A program made the position numbers and the translations under genes. A stretch of 64,000 nt of DNA from an uncultured Nitrososphaerota archaeon (GTDB lineage Archaea; Thermoproteota; Nitrososphaeria; Nitrososphaerales; Gagatemarchaeaceae), in the NCBI GenBank assembly GCA_963718895.1, contig CAVRAG010000008.1, positions 672,001 to 736,000 on the forward strand. Direction: 5' to 3'. The notes beneath the pieces were generated by a model. The model was not told where the DNA came from and did no database searches. It saw only the letters and a list, made by a program, of their open reading frames with translations. How positions within the stretch are numbered: position 1 is the first letter of the stretch; each line of letters opens with the position of its first letter. This document shows positions 45,881 to 56,882 of this stretch, piece after piece.

Positions 45881-46060
45881 ATGAAGGGGTCGAGGGTATT
45901 CGGGGTATTTCTCCTGCTGATCGGTCTGCTCGCCGTCCCGTTCTTCAAGGATGCAATCTCGAGCCTCCTCCTGGTGGGCATCTGGGGAGGGATGATCGTC
46001 CTGGTCCTGGTCTTCGTGGTCGGCGGGACTATACTCGTGGCGATTCGGGGCGACGACTAG
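45881..46060 (+). CDS. Small 2-TM membrane protein (59 aa)
   Basis: MKGSRVFGVFLLLIGLLAVPFFKDAISSLLLVGIWGGMIVLVLVFVVGGTILVAIRGDD*; below the ORF-track cutoff. Confidence 0.55.
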   Translation: MKGSRVFGVFLLLIGLLAVPFFKDAISSLLLVGIWGGMIVLVLVFVVGGTILVAIRGDD

Positions 46061-46551
46061 CCGTAGCTTGGGTATCTGTTCCTTACTAGTCGCAACATCT
46101 CAGTGGAGAGTCTTTCGTCTATGTTCTCCTGCTCGGTATCGCAGATCCGACGTGCCCCGCTGGCTATGACGAACGGTCCCTGGGCATAGGCCTTGCCCTC
46201 CTCTGGAGTGACTGGCGCATGGGCCTTGAGCAGCTCTGCGAGTCCTGGGACAGCGCCACCCCCGCCCAGGGCCCTGAGGATCGAGGAATCCACCTCTCTG
46301 TATCCGTACGAAAACGGGCCGGAGGTATCATAGGGTTGAAGGCGGACTTCAGCCCTGGAGCCCAAGACGAGCGGGGATGGTTTGAAGATCGTGTCGAGCT
46401 TGAGCTGCCAGGTCGCTTCAGGGCTGCCCACGACCGCGTCGTAGAAGCCGTGCGATCTCGAAGGAGAGAGGGTGAAGAACCACTGATTCGGATTCCTCGC
46501 GTATCGTCTGAAGATAATCTCATCGAGCGCGGGTTTGTCGAGGATCTCCAT
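46057..46551 (-). CDS. Hypothetical protein
   Basis: 164-aa ORF with ATG start and an upstream TTATTA element. Confidence 0.6.
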   Translation of the reverse strand: MEILDKPALDEIIFRRYARNPNQWFFTLSPSRSHGFYDAVVGSPEATWQLKLDTIFKPSPLVLGSRAEVRLQPYDTSGPFSYGYREVDSSILRALGGGGAVPGLAELLKAHAPVTPEEGKAYAQGPFVIASGARRICDTEQENIDERLSTEMLRLVRNRYPSYG

Positions 46552-46614
46552 CCATCCGAGGACAGCCGGAGCCGTAATAAGCGTGAAGCGTATCGAGTCA
46601 GGGAGGGTGCGGGA

Positions 46615-48358
46615 TCACGGGATGAGAATCCTCCGCAGTTCTCTTCCATAGGCCTCCACGATTCCCGGGCCAAAATCCCATGGCAGGCCCGCCCTCTTGA
46701 ACAGCTCGGGCAGAGGTTTGGATCCGCCAAGACCTAGCGCATCCCTGTAGGCCCCGATCGCGCGTCTGGGGTCCTGAAGGTACCTTGACCAGACCCCGAG
46801 AGCGCCGAGCTGGGCGATACCGTACTCTATGTAGTAGAAGGGCGATTGGAACAGATGAATCTGCCTGTGCCAGAGCGAGCGCTTCTGATCCGTCCAGACC
46901 ATCCCAATCGACCCCAGGGCCGAACCTTTCGTAGGTCCTCACCCACGCGTCCCGGCGTTCCTCGCGGGTATGTGACGCGTTCGTGTAGAGCCAATGCTGG
47001 AAGGCATCTATCGTAGCGACCCACGGAAGGAGGCTGGCTACGGACAGGAAGTGGTCGTACCTGGAGCGAGCGGCGTCGGCCGAATCATAGATCGTTCCCG
47101 TTAGATGCTCACCGCCCAGAAGCTCCATGCTCATCGAGGCGACCTCGGCGATCTCGATGGGCGTGTTGTCGCTCCTGTAGAGGTAGTGGAGTCTGCGGTT
47201 CCTCATCTCAAAGACCTGAAAGGCGTGCCCCGACTCATGGAGAAGCGTCCAGACGTCCTGGTCCCTCCCGACGGAGTTCATGAAGATGAAAGGCAGCCCG
47301 ACATCGAGCAGTTCAGAGTTGTACCCTCCCGGGGCCTTTCCGGGTCGGCTCTCCAGATCGAGGAGGCCCATCTGCGTCATCCTTCGGAACCATTCGGAGA
47401 AGACATGGTCCACCTCCTCAAACACCCGTTCGCAGCCCCGCACGAGTTCTGGGGTGGACGCGAAGGGCCGCAGGGGCGCCCTTCCGCGAGTGTCTACGAT
47501 GAGGTCCCATGGCCTGATCGAATCAAGACCCATCTCCTTCTCCCTTCTCCTGTGGACCTCTCTCACCAGCGGCACGATCTGTCTCTCGATTGCTTCGTGA
47601 AAGCGGAAGCAGTCTTCCGGACCGTAGTCGAATCTCTCCCGGCTGACGAAGATATAGTCCCTGTAGTCCTTGAATCCGGCGTTCCTCCCTATCCTGTCCC
47701 GCAACCCAATCATCTTGTCGAAGATGTCGTCGAGCTGGTCTCTGTCCTTCCCCATCCGGCTCTGGGTGAGCCGCCAAGACTCTTCTCTCTTGGTCCGCTC
47801 GGGGAGCTCCAGGTACTTGCTCATCTCGGGGATCGTCCTCTCGCGACCTTCGTAGGAGACGGTCATGGAGCCGGCCAGGGACTGCTGCTGTTGGGCCAGC
47901 CTCTTCTCCTCGATCTCCAGTTCGACGTTCGCCTCTCGGAAGAGACTGACGCTGTTCTCTATCTTCTTGGCCAGGAGAAGGTATCGGTCAGGGGGCAGCG
48001 ATCGCCGGAACTGAGATTCAACGAATCTGCGGTTGAGATTGAACTGGGCGACCTTCACCTTCGGCTCGATCAATTCCACGAAGTCGAGGTAAGCCTCGCG
48101 GTACTCCCTCCTGTCGGTCTGTTCAGTCATCCTGATGTACCGAATTGAGGACGCCTCGGACAGGGCGATGAAGAGCTCGGAGTAGTCGTCGAGCCACTTC
48201 TGAAGCTCCTGCGCCGAACCGAGTTCGCGCTCCTGAAGCTCGGAGAAGTACTTCCCGACCTGGCTCCAGTCTGTAAGATCGATCTTCTGCGGCAGGAACC
48301 CCCGTGGATACTCGCGCGGGAGGGCCTCGTAGTCGAGCGACATCGTGGAGGAGGCCAA
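46615..48358 (-). CDS. M3-family oligoendopeptidase F (frameshift near 46900)
   Basis: GKAPGGY, HESGH and AEVASMSMEL motifs; WHRQIHLFQSPFYYIEY appears in a second frame. Confidence 0.9.
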
Positions 48359-48477
48359 GATTCGATACCTCCTAAAAGCTATCCCAATCAGCGGGCGCCT
48401 AAGTCATGGATGCGTGAAGAAGGGTCGTCTCCCAGGCTCAGAAGCGTTATATCGAGAAGATCAAATGACGCGGAACG

Positions 48478-48912
48478 ATGACAGCTTCCACGGAAGGACG
48501 TCAGGCAAGACAGGTTCGGGAGACGGTGCTCGGAATCTACCAGGCGTTTGAGGATCTCGACGCCCGGGCGCTCGACAAGAACTTTTCACACTCTGACGGC
48601 CTTTTGGCGTTTGGAACCGACTGGGACGAGAAGTTCGCGGGCTGGAAGATGTACAAGGACGTCCACACCGTCCAGTTCGCCGCCCTGAAGAAGTTCCGAT
48701 TCAAGAGCAGAGAGCTTGAGGTCCACGTCCACGGGGACGTTGCCTGGGCCGCCGACAGGCCCCACTGGCGGATCGAGACCAGGGCCGGCGAGAAGGTGGA
48801 GAGCGACGTCCGGATCACCGCCGTGCTGGGTTGGGACTCCAAAGCAAGGCGATGGCTGGTCGAGCAGTGGCATGTCTCCTCCGGCCTGAAAGAAAGGCTC
48901 CACGAATACTGA
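48478..48912 (+). CDS. SnoaL-like / NTF2-family protein
   Basis: FGTD..E..GW, GDVAW, RITAV and W..QWHVS motifs. Confidence 0.82.
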   Translation: MTASTEGRQARQVRETVLGIYQAFEDLDARALDKNFSHSDGLLAFGTDWDEKFAGWKMYKDVHTVQFAALKKFRFKSRELEVHVHGDVAWAADRPHWRIETRAGEKVESDVRITAVLGWDSKARRWLVEQWHVSSGLKERLHEY

Positions 48913-48967
48913 AGTGACTGGAATTGGGAATGCTTATCACGATTCCGCCCAGAGAGGTGGAAGGACT

Positions 48968-49807
48968 ATGAAGATCGATCACGTCTCGATAGCGTGGTCA
49001 GACCTCGGCGTGCTGCAGAAGGCGTTTGCGGCTGCGGGGATGGCGACCGAGTACGGTGGTCCGCACTCCACCGGGAACACGCACATGTCCCTTCTGGGTT
49101 TCAGAGACGGCTCCTACATTGAGCTCATCTCCACCGTGAGGCCCGGCGTCGAATCATCCTCTTGGAAGGAGCAGATTGCAAGAGACGGCGGCCCCTGCGC
49201 ATGGTGCATCGAAGTCCAGGACGTTGGGCAGGAGGTTGCGAAGGCGAAGCGGCTCGGGATACCTGCGAGCGGGCCGGCGGACTACACCAGGAAGAGACCA
49301 GACGGAGTTCTCGTCGAGTGGGAGCTGGGCTTCCTCGGGGACACGGAACCTGGTTCAACGCTCCCCTTCATGATAAAGGACAAGACGCCCAGGGAGTTGA
49401 GGGTCAAGCCGTCGGCGAGCGTCTCGGGCGGCGACGCGCCGCTCAGAGGAATCGGGACCGTCGTCCTCGCAGTCGAAGACCTGAAGGTCGCCGCCGCGCT
49501 CTTCCAGAAGATGTACGGGTGGAAGCGACCCGAGACAGACTATGGGACTCTCGCAGGAGCCACTCTCGCACGCTTTGAGGGCACTCCGGTCGTGCTGGCG
49601 ACGCCGAAGAGCGAGGGATGGTTGAGCGAGAGGCTCGCCGCGTTCGGGCCGTCCCCGTGCGCATTCCTCATCGACGCCGATGACCTCGATTCGGCCGGCA
49701 GAAGACATCAGCTGGGGCCAAGGCAACCGTGGTTCGACGGCAAGCAGCTGGAATGGGTGCAGCCGCTGGGAGACAAGGGCGTCATGCTTGGCGTGGTCGG
49801 GCCCTAG
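48968..49807 (+). CDS. VOC / glyoxalase-like domain protein
   Basis: KIDHV, GGPH..T, GSYIEL, RPDG..VEW and LPFMI motifs. Confidence 0.85.
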   Translation: MKIDHVSIAWSDLGVLQKAFAAAGMATEYGGPHSTGNTHMSLLGFRDGSYIELISTVRPGVESSSWKEQIARDGGPCAWCIEVQDVGQEVAKAKRLGIPASGPADYTRKRPDGVLVEWELGFLGDTEPGSTLPFMIKDKTPRELRVKPSASVSGGDAPLRGIGTVVLAVEDLKVAAALFQKMYGWKRPETDYGTLAGATLARFEGTPVVLATPKSEGWLSERLAAFGPSPCAFLIDADDLDSAGRRHQLGPRQPWFDGKQLEWVQPLGDKGVMLGVVGP

Positions 49808-49859
49808 AACCGACATCAGCTGCCTGGCTTATTTATCCCAGTGACCTGACACGAGAGCC

Positions 49860-50822
49860 ATGGGACGCGTAAAGATTGGAGTTCTTGTGCCGACTCGCGG
49901 CGAACTGATCCGTTCCCCAGAACATCCAAACTTCGACAACATCATGCGGATGGCGGAAGCCATCGAAGAGGAAGGATACCACTCAGTCTGGGTCGGGGAC
50001 AGCGTGACGGCCAAACCACGCTTCGAAGCTCTCACGTCCCTTGGCGCCATAGCCGCGAGGACGAAGAAGGCCCTGCTCGGAACGTCCGTCCTGCTCTCAG
50101 GGTTGAGGAACCCGGTGGTTCTCGGACATCAGGTCGCGACCCTTGACGTGATATCCAAGGGAAGAATCATCCTTGGCGTCGGCGTCGGCGGGGGTGACTC
50201 GAAGAACCTCATGACCGAGTTCCCGGCATCCGGCGTGGACTACGGCAAGCGGGCCGAGATCTTCGAACTCGGGATTGAGACGATGAGGAAGGTCTGGACC
50301 AAGGACAAAATCTCCATGAAGACGCCCTATTTCGAGCTTGACGGCATATCCGTGGAACCGAAGCCCGTTCAGAAGCCTCATCCTCCGGTCTGGATCGCGG
50401 GCGCTCACTTCGGACAGGCCGGCGAGAAGCAGCTGGCGAGGATCGCCAGACTTGGGGATGGCTTCATCTCCACTCTGATAACGCCGGAGGAGTATGGCCA
50501 CGCGCTCGGTCGGATCAGGGACATGGCAAGCGAGATGGGGAGGAAGCCCTCGGCGATCCGCGCGTGCCTCTACACGTCCGTGACCCTCAACGAGAGCAAG
50601 GCCGCCGCGACCAAGGAAGGCAACAGGTTCCTCACCGACTACTATGGATACTCGTTCTGGGGCGACCGCTGGGGTCCGTTCGGGCCCGCCGCTGGACTTG
50701 TAGAGTACATCCAGCGCTTCGCCGACGCCGGAGTGGATACCTTCGTCGTCAGGTTTGCTTCGAGGGATCAGGAGGGCCAGTTGAGTCTCTTCACCCGCGA
50801 GGTCTTCCCGAGCTTCAGATGA
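49860..50822 (+). CDS. LLM-family oxidoreductase
   Basis: SVWVGDS, LGTSV, GRIILGVGVG and PKPVQKPHPPVWIA motifs. Confidence 0.9.
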   Translation: MGRVKIGVLVPTRGELIRSPEHPNFDNIMRMAEAIEEEGYHSVWVGDSVTAKPRFEALTSLGAIAARTKKALLGTSVLLSGLRNPVVLGHQVATLDVISKGRIILGVGVGGGDSKNLMTEFPASGVDYGKRAEIFELGIETMRKVWTKDKISMKTPYFELDGISVEPKPVQKPHPPVWIAGAHFGQAGEKQLARIARLGDGFISTLITPEEYGHALGRIRDMASEMGRKPSAIRACLYTSVTLNESKAAATKEGNRFLTDYYGYSFWGDRWGPFGPAAGLVEYIQRFADAGVDTFVVRFASRDQEGQLSLFTREVFPSFR

Positions 50823-50867
50823 CGGCCCCACGAATCGATTAATAGCCGCGTCGGTCGTATTCATTCC

Positions 50868-51599
50868 ATGACGTCTGAGAAGAGAAAGCCCGGCGAGTTC
50901 ACCGTTGACTATCAGCTCCAGAAGGCCCGAAGAGACTATGAGATGGGGCTTGCCACCATAAAGATCGACCCGAAGAAGACGGCCCTCGTCGTCGTGGACA
51001 TGATCGAGGAGTTCACCAAGCCCGGCAGCGCCCCCTTCTGGGTGCCCGACGCGACGAAGATCCTCCCGCTGGTCAAACGGCTGATCGACGCGTGCAGGAC
51101 CGCAGGAACGCCTGTGATCTACACCTACTACACGTTCAATCCGACCTACACCGACATGAACCCGTGGTTCAGGGAGGCCTGGGCTCCCATCGACAAGACC
51201 GAGGACTACGAGGGGCCACCCCTCTTCACAAAGGAGAGCATCGACCCGGCGATAAGGCCAGACTATACCAAGGACATCCTAGTCGCCAAACCGAGCTACG
51301 GAGCATTCACGAACACTGCGCTCGACTACATCCTGAAGAACCTGGGGGTTGACACGGTGATAGTCTGCGGGACCATGACCAACTTCTGCTGCAGCACGAC
51401 GGCCCGGGAGGCACACGCACGGGGATACAAGGTAGTATTCGGGTCCGACTGCAACGCTACCGACGACCCCGCAATCCAGGAGGCCGAACTGAAGACACTC
51501 CGGCGGGGGTTCGCCCTGGTGCTCTCTACCAAGGAAATCGTCGACGCCGTCAACGGCGTCGGAGAATTTGCCGCTTCGTGGCTAGCGGGCGTCGGCTGA
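50868..51599 (+). CDS. Isochorismatase-family cysteine hydrolase
   Basis: TALVVVDM, K..YGAF and GTMTNFCC motifs. Confidence 0.9.
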   Translation: MTSEKRKPGEFTVDYQLQKARRDYEMGLATIKIDPKKTALVVVDMIEEFTKPGSAPFWVPDATKILPLVKRLIDACRTAGTPVIYTYYTFNPTYTDMNPWFREAWAPIDKTEDYEGPPLFTKESIDPAIRPDYTKDILVAKPSYGAFTNTALDYILKNLGVDTVIVCGTMTNFCCSTTAREAHARGYKVVFGSDCNATDDPAIQEAELKTLRRGFALVLSTKEIVDAVNGVGEFAASWLAGVG

Positions 51600-51625
51600 G
51601 GCCTAGGCGCTGGAGAGGTAGGGGC

Positions 51626-52855
51626 TCATCGCGCCCGGCTCTCCTCGAACGAATCCCTGCGCAAGAGCCGTCCACACTTCCAAATGCCCACGATCTCCCT
51701 GGTATCCGTGATGTGTACCGCCGGTTTGCCCCGTACCATCAGCATGTCGGCGCGGGCGCCGGGGGCAATCCGGCCACGGTCATCCAGGCCAAAGATCCGG
51801 GCGGGGACAGACGTTGCCGAAGTCAGGGCTTCCGTCGGCGTCATCCCCGAGCCGACCAAGAGCTCCAGCTCCCTGTGCATACTCGCCCCGTATGTCGTCC
51901 CAGGGTTAGGCGCGTCAGTGCCGGCCAATACTGGCACGTGGCCTCTCATCAGAAGGGGGATCGTCGATCGCGGCACTTCATAGTCCGGTGAAACCCCGCC
52001 CCGAGACCGAACTGACGCCCTGAGGCTCCCGATCGAGGATTCGGGAAGGTAGCGCCCGAAATCGCTCTCGGCAAGAAGGGCAACGCCTCCGAAGGCACCG
52101 CAGACGCTCTCGAGCACGGTGAGCGTCGGTATCACGAAGGCGTGGCCTCTGGAGAGCAGGCGCTTCAGGTCGGGTGTCGGAGGGGCGTCGATGAATAGGT
52201 GGACGAGCCCGTCCGCCCCACAATCCAGTGCGTCGATGACAAACCTCGACGAGAGGGCGTGCACGACCGCCAGCTTTCCTCGGGCGTGGGCGGCCCTGAC
52301 CACGGCGGACATGGTCGCCCTGTCGATCGTGGGGAACGGCCTGCCGTAGGCGCTCCCGTCATCGTAGACGATCTTGATGAACTGTGAGCCCTCCGATATC
52401 CTCGCATCGACGAAGGCCTCTGCCTCCTCAGGCGCTGAGATCGTCGGGATGGGCAGCCCATACTCGGTTCCGTGCCCGTTCGGCGCGGTCACAAGTGTCC
52501 CCGCGGTCAAGAAATCGGCGATATCTCGCACCCCGGCCGTGACGAGCTTCCGGAGGTCCATGGCCTCCCTGTAGTCGCAGAACATGTCGATGACCGTGGT
52601 CACTCCGAAGTTCAGGGACTGCCGCAGGGAGGCCTCTCCCTCGATGTGGACGTGAGAGTCGATCAGGCCAGGTAGGAGGGTGCAGCCTGCCCCTTCAATC
52701 GTCCGGATGCCTCTGGGGGGCCCGTCGGATGGTCCGACTGCAGTGATGCTGCCGTCGGCGACCGTCACGGTCCGGTCTCTGGAGAAGGTCGAGCCGTCGA
52801 ACAGGTCGGCGTGCGTGATCTCGAAAGAACTAAGGTCTGCGGACAACGGGGTCAC
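51626..52855 (-). CDS. Amidohydrolase-family protein
   Basis: LLPGLIDSHVH, FIKI, VHA, AGTDAP and GRIAPGARAD motifs. Confidence 0.9.
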   Translation of the reverse strand: MTPLSADLSSFEITHADLFDGSTFSRDRTVTVADGSITAVGPSDGPPRGIRTIEGAGCTLLPGLIDSHVHIEGEASLRQSLNFGVTTVIDMFCDYREAMDLRKLVTAGVRDIADFLTAGTLVTAPNGHGTEYGLPIPTISAPEEAEAFVDARISEGSQFIKIVYDDGSAYGRPFPTIDRATMSAVVRAAHARGKLAVVHALSSRFVIDALDCGADGLVHLFIDAPPTPDLKRLLSRGHAFVIPTLTVLESVCGAFGGVALLAESDFGRYLPESSIGSLRASVRSRGGVSPDYEVPRSTIPLLMRGHVPVLAGTDAPNPGTTYGASMHRELELLVGSGMTPTEALTSATSVPARIFGLDDRGRIAPGARADMLMVRGKPAVHITDTREIVGIWKCGRLLRRDSFEESRAR

Positions 52856-52914
52856 TAGGATACGGAAACGACTCCAAGATAAACGATATAACGCCTAAGC
52901 TGGGGACTGGCTAT

Positions 52915-53904
52915 GTGCGAAAGATCACCTTCGGAATTGTCCTTCCGACCAGGGGCGTCCTGTTCTCAGGCGCCGACCCCAGGAAGGACGTCATCGAGCT
53001 GAGCAAGCTTACTGAGGAGTACGGCTACGACGGCGTCTGGGCGGGAGACAGCATCCTCGCGAAGCCGCGGCTGGACTCCATAGCGGTCCTCTCGGCCGTC
53101 GCCGGGGCCACCGAGAAGCTGAAGCTTGGCACGTCGTGCTTCGCCAGCTTCCCGCTCAGGCACCCCATCCTGCTCGCCTACCAGTGGGCGACGCTCGACC
53201 AGCTCTCCGGGGGGCGGACGATACTGGTCGTCTGCCAGGGGACCCCGACCACGCACGGCAAGATCTACAGGAACGAGTACGACGCCTTCGGCATCCCTCC
53301 CATCGAGAAGGTGGAGAGGGTCAACGAAGGGATAGAGATTCTGAGGAAGCTCTGGAAGGAGGACGACGTGTCGTACGACGGGAAGATATTCAAGTTCAAG
53401 GACGTCACCGTTCTTCCCAAGCCAGTCCAGAAGAACTGTCCGATCTGGATAGCCTCCAACCCGAGGTCGACCGGGGAGCTCGAGGGTGCACCCGGGAACA
53501 TCGAGGGGAACTTCGAGAGGGTCGGGAAGTACGCGGATGGGTGGATGACGACGATGGTGACTCCGCAGGAATACGACGAAGACCTGACCAAGGTGCTGAG
53601 CTACGCCAAGAAGTATGGCAAGAGCAAGTCGAAGTTCAAGGCGTCCCTCTACTACAACGTGAACATGGGAGAGAAGGACAAAGCCGGCGCCGAGGCCGTG
53701 GACTTCCTCACGAAGTACTACAGGGAGGACGCGTCGCACGTCCTCGACAAGTGGGTCGCCTTCGGGTCCAAGGGGGACGTGATGAAGAAGCTCGAGGCTT
53801 TCGTGGACGCGGGCGTAGGGGACTTCAACATCAGGTTCGTCGCCTGGGACCAAATCAAGCAGCTCAAGAAGTTCAGCAAGGAGATACTCCCCTCCTTCTC
53901 CTAG
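52915..53904 (+). CDS. LLM-family oxidoreductase
   Basis: GVWAGDSILAKPR, SGGRT, PKPVQ and YADGW motifs. Confidence 0.9.
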   Translation: MRKITFGIVLPTRGVLFSGADPRKDVIELSKLTEEYGYDGVWAGDSILAKPRLDSIAVLSAVAGATEKLKLGTSCFASFPLRHPILLAYQWATLDQLSGGRTILVVCQGTPTTHGKIYRNEYDAFGIPPIEKVERVNEGIEILRKLWKEDDVSYDGKIFKFKDVTVLPKPVQKNCPIWIASNPRSTGELEGAPGNIEGNFERVGKYADGWMTTMVTPQEYDEDLTKVLSYAKKYGKSKSKFKASLYYNVNMGEKDKAGAEAVDFLTKYYREDASHVLDKWVAFGSKGDVMKKLEAFVDAGVGDFNIRFVAWDQIKQLKKFSKEILPSFS

Positions 53905-53906
53905 CG

Positions 53907-55108
53907 CTACCAGTGGACCTTCTCGTAGCGGGGTCAACACCTCGACCCCGCTGCCCGTTATCAACAGGCAGTCCTCGATGACGGCCGTCCCGAAGTCGAG
54001 GATGTGGGCCATCGGCTCGAACGCGAACGACATGTTCTTCCTTAGCCGGGTGTCGGGGAGCCCGAGCGAAGGTATCTCGAAGAAGGATGTGGCTATCGCG
54101 TGGTGGACGATGAGTCCGAGGTAAATCCGGCCGCGGTACTTCTCCTTCAGGCCTGAGCGCTGGGCCAGGTCGCTCGCCTTCTGAACCAGGCTGGACGTTC
54201 TGACGCCGGGCCGCATCATCCCTGTGAGAGTGTCATAGGCGTTCTCGATGACTTCGAGAACCTCCCTCTGCTCTGGATTGGCCCCGCCGACGACGACCGT
54301 CCTCGACATGTCGCTCTGGTAGCCGAACCTGACGGCGCCCATGTCAAGGTAGACCATATCCCCTCGCGTCATCTTCCTCGTCGTCGGGTAGCTGTGCTTG
54401 AGCCCGGACTTCGGGCCGGAGTTGACTATGATGGGGAAGCCGCCTCCGTGGCCTCCTTCGCTCGAGATTGTGTAGTTGGCGACGGCCGCGATCTCGCTCT
54501 CGGTCTTTCCGACGGAGATGCCTTCCACTGCTGCCTTCATCGCATGCGCGGTTATTCTTCCTACCTCGCGAAGCAGAGTCTATTTCCCTTGCGCTCCTGA
54601 TGCTCTTGACCGATGTGTACTCGAACCAGAAATCGATGCACCTCGCTCTGACCCGGGGGGACATCACCTGCCATATCGACATGGGCAGGTTGTCCCTTCC
54701 CACTACGCCGACCTTGCCTCCGCCGAGCTTCAGAATGGTGGTCGAGATCGCGTCTGCGAAGTCCTGGGCGGAGTGCAGGACAGGTCTGAACTCCCGAACC
54801 CAGGTCATCCAGGCGTACGAATTGATGGGTTCGCCGTGCAGGACCGCGTCGGTCACGATCTGGGGGGGCCCGCTCAGGGGCAGGAGCAGGGCGGCCCTGC
54901 CGAACGGGATGTAGTTGGATAGATAGACAAGGTCGCCCGGATCGCCAGCATCGCCGAAGACCATGAGGACACCGACGCCCTTCTCCTCCATCGCCTTCCT
55001 GACCCTCCGGATTCTGGAGTCGTACTCAGAAATCGGAAAGGGCAGGTCGATGTACTCCTTCCTTGTCTCCCAGTCGTAGGGGACCTGCGAATCGTAGCTG
55101 GTCGTCAT
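53907..55108 (-). CDS. M24-family peptidase (creatinase/prolidase-like), frameshifts near 54580 and 53930
   Basis: PFPISEYDSRIRRVR N-terminal domain; DMG...YQSDMSRT, HAI, FEP and IED motifs across two frames. Confidence 0.82.
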
Positions 55109-55174
55109 GGTTCTTCTCGGCTCTCTGACTTCGGAAGCTTGTGGGCCAGGTACGTCCCCGTTGTCAGCCAGACC

Positions 55175-56862
55175 CTACCTTCCCTTCGGAACAGTCGGGA
55201 GTATCACGCAGGAAGGGTGCGCGGCGTCGTGGAACACCGTCTGCTCGGCAACGAGGAGCTCCGAGTCCTGTCCGAAGTCGTGGCCCGTGTTGGGGTTCCT
55301 GTCGTACTTGGGGAAGGAACTGCTGGAGACGTCCAGCCTTATCCGGTGGCCCTTCATGAAGAGATTGCTGAGTCACCCAGAGGTCTATCCTAAACTCGTC
55401 GACCCTGCCGGGCAGAAGGAGCTTCGCTTTCCTCAGGCTCTTGCTGTAGCGCCCGCGGATTATGCCCTCGGTGAGGTGCATCGAGTAACCGTTCGGGAAC
55501 ACATCCACCAGCTGGGCCCAGAAGTCGGTGTCCCTGGCCGAGGTCGAGGCGAAGAGAGTGACCGTCACCGGCCCGCTTATCTCCGTCTCCCTCCCCAGCG
55601 GCATGGTTGAGTAGACGAGGACATCATCCCTCCGTTCGATGGGCCTTTGGTCAAAGGGGCCTTCCGCGCCCTGGCCCATGTCGTCGATGTTTGGGACAGG
55701 ATTGGCCGGGTCATACTGGTAGATATCTCGAGCTGCGTCGGCCGACGGCTTCCGAGTTTCAAGAAGCCCATCGCCGAACGAAGTGTTCGCCTTGCCTCCG
55801 CTTCGGAGGTAGTATGGGACTAGGCGCATCGCTCTCGGCGGCCACTGGTCCTGCTTCTGCCAGCGGTTCGAACCCATCGTGAAGATGTCCACGCTCGGCT
55901 CCCTCTCGATGCCGTTGACGGCCCCCTTCAACCAGTGATCGAACCAGCGGAGCCTGGTGTTGCGAAGGTCGATCAGGGCAGACTCTCCGAAGTCTATGTC
56001 ACCGAGCTTCCTCGTCGTGTTCACGTGGTGCGGCCAGGGCCCGATTATCAGCTTCTGGCTCTTCCTCGTCCGGCTGGACCTCCGGGGCGAAGTCATGCCG
56101 GAGGTAGTTTGCGTGTGTCCCTACTATGTCGTCGTCGTACCAACCTGAGATGTGGAGGACGGGGACGTCGACGCGGTCAAGCTTGTCCTCATAGAAGGCG
56201 CGGCGCCAGTACTCATCGGCGGCCGGGTGCGCGACCCACTCCTGCCACGTCCGGGAGCGCCTCCCGAACTCCTCGTCCATCGTCTTGAGAGGTAGGTGCC
56301 AGAAGAGCCTCTCGGTGTCGTAGAGCGATGTCGTGGTGTTCCTCTTTCCTTCGATCATGGCCATCCACTGGGCCATCCAGAGCACGAGCGCGCCGTTCTG
56401 ATACGGGACGTTAAGGACTGGGTCCGGGAGCGAGACCGTGCAGACCATGGCTTTCAGGCCCGGCGGGTTCAGTGTGGCCGTCGTCCACTGGTTCCAGGCA
56501 GAGTAGGATGCCCCTGTCGTGCCCAGGCTTCCGGTCGACCACTCCTGTCGCGCACACCAAGCCAGGGTGTCGAAGCCATCCCTTGCGTCGTCGTCCTGAA
56601 AGGGCCGATAGGTCCCCTCCGAGTCGTTCTTTCCCCTGCAGTCCTGGATGACGTAGGCGTACCCGTGCTTGGCGAAGAAGAGGGCCTCGTCGTTCTGCAT
56701 CTTCTGGTATCCGTCGACCGTCCGGTAGGGGGTCCTGGTGAGGATGACGGGGAACCTGCCATTCGCGTCGGGACGAAAGACATCGGACGAGAGTCTCTTC
56801 CCGTCCCGCATCCTCTGCCTGGTGCCGAGCTCTAACCTTACGGGATACTCGGGGCCCGGCAT
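55175..56862 (-). CDS. CocE/NonD-family hydrolase (S15-like), frameshifts near 56095 and 55370
   Basis: MRDG, RTPY, QDCRG, GASY (nucleophile), GWYD, IGPWPH and GHRIRLDVSSS motifs. Confidence 0.88.
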
Positions 56863-56882
56863 CGATCATCAGTCAGCCTTCC

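Noticed and set aside
52966-54540. 524-aa minus-strand ORF overlapping the whole LLM gene
   Set aside because: Read-through caused by a frameshift near 53930; the corrected frame stops at 53907, and the extension is antisense shadow.
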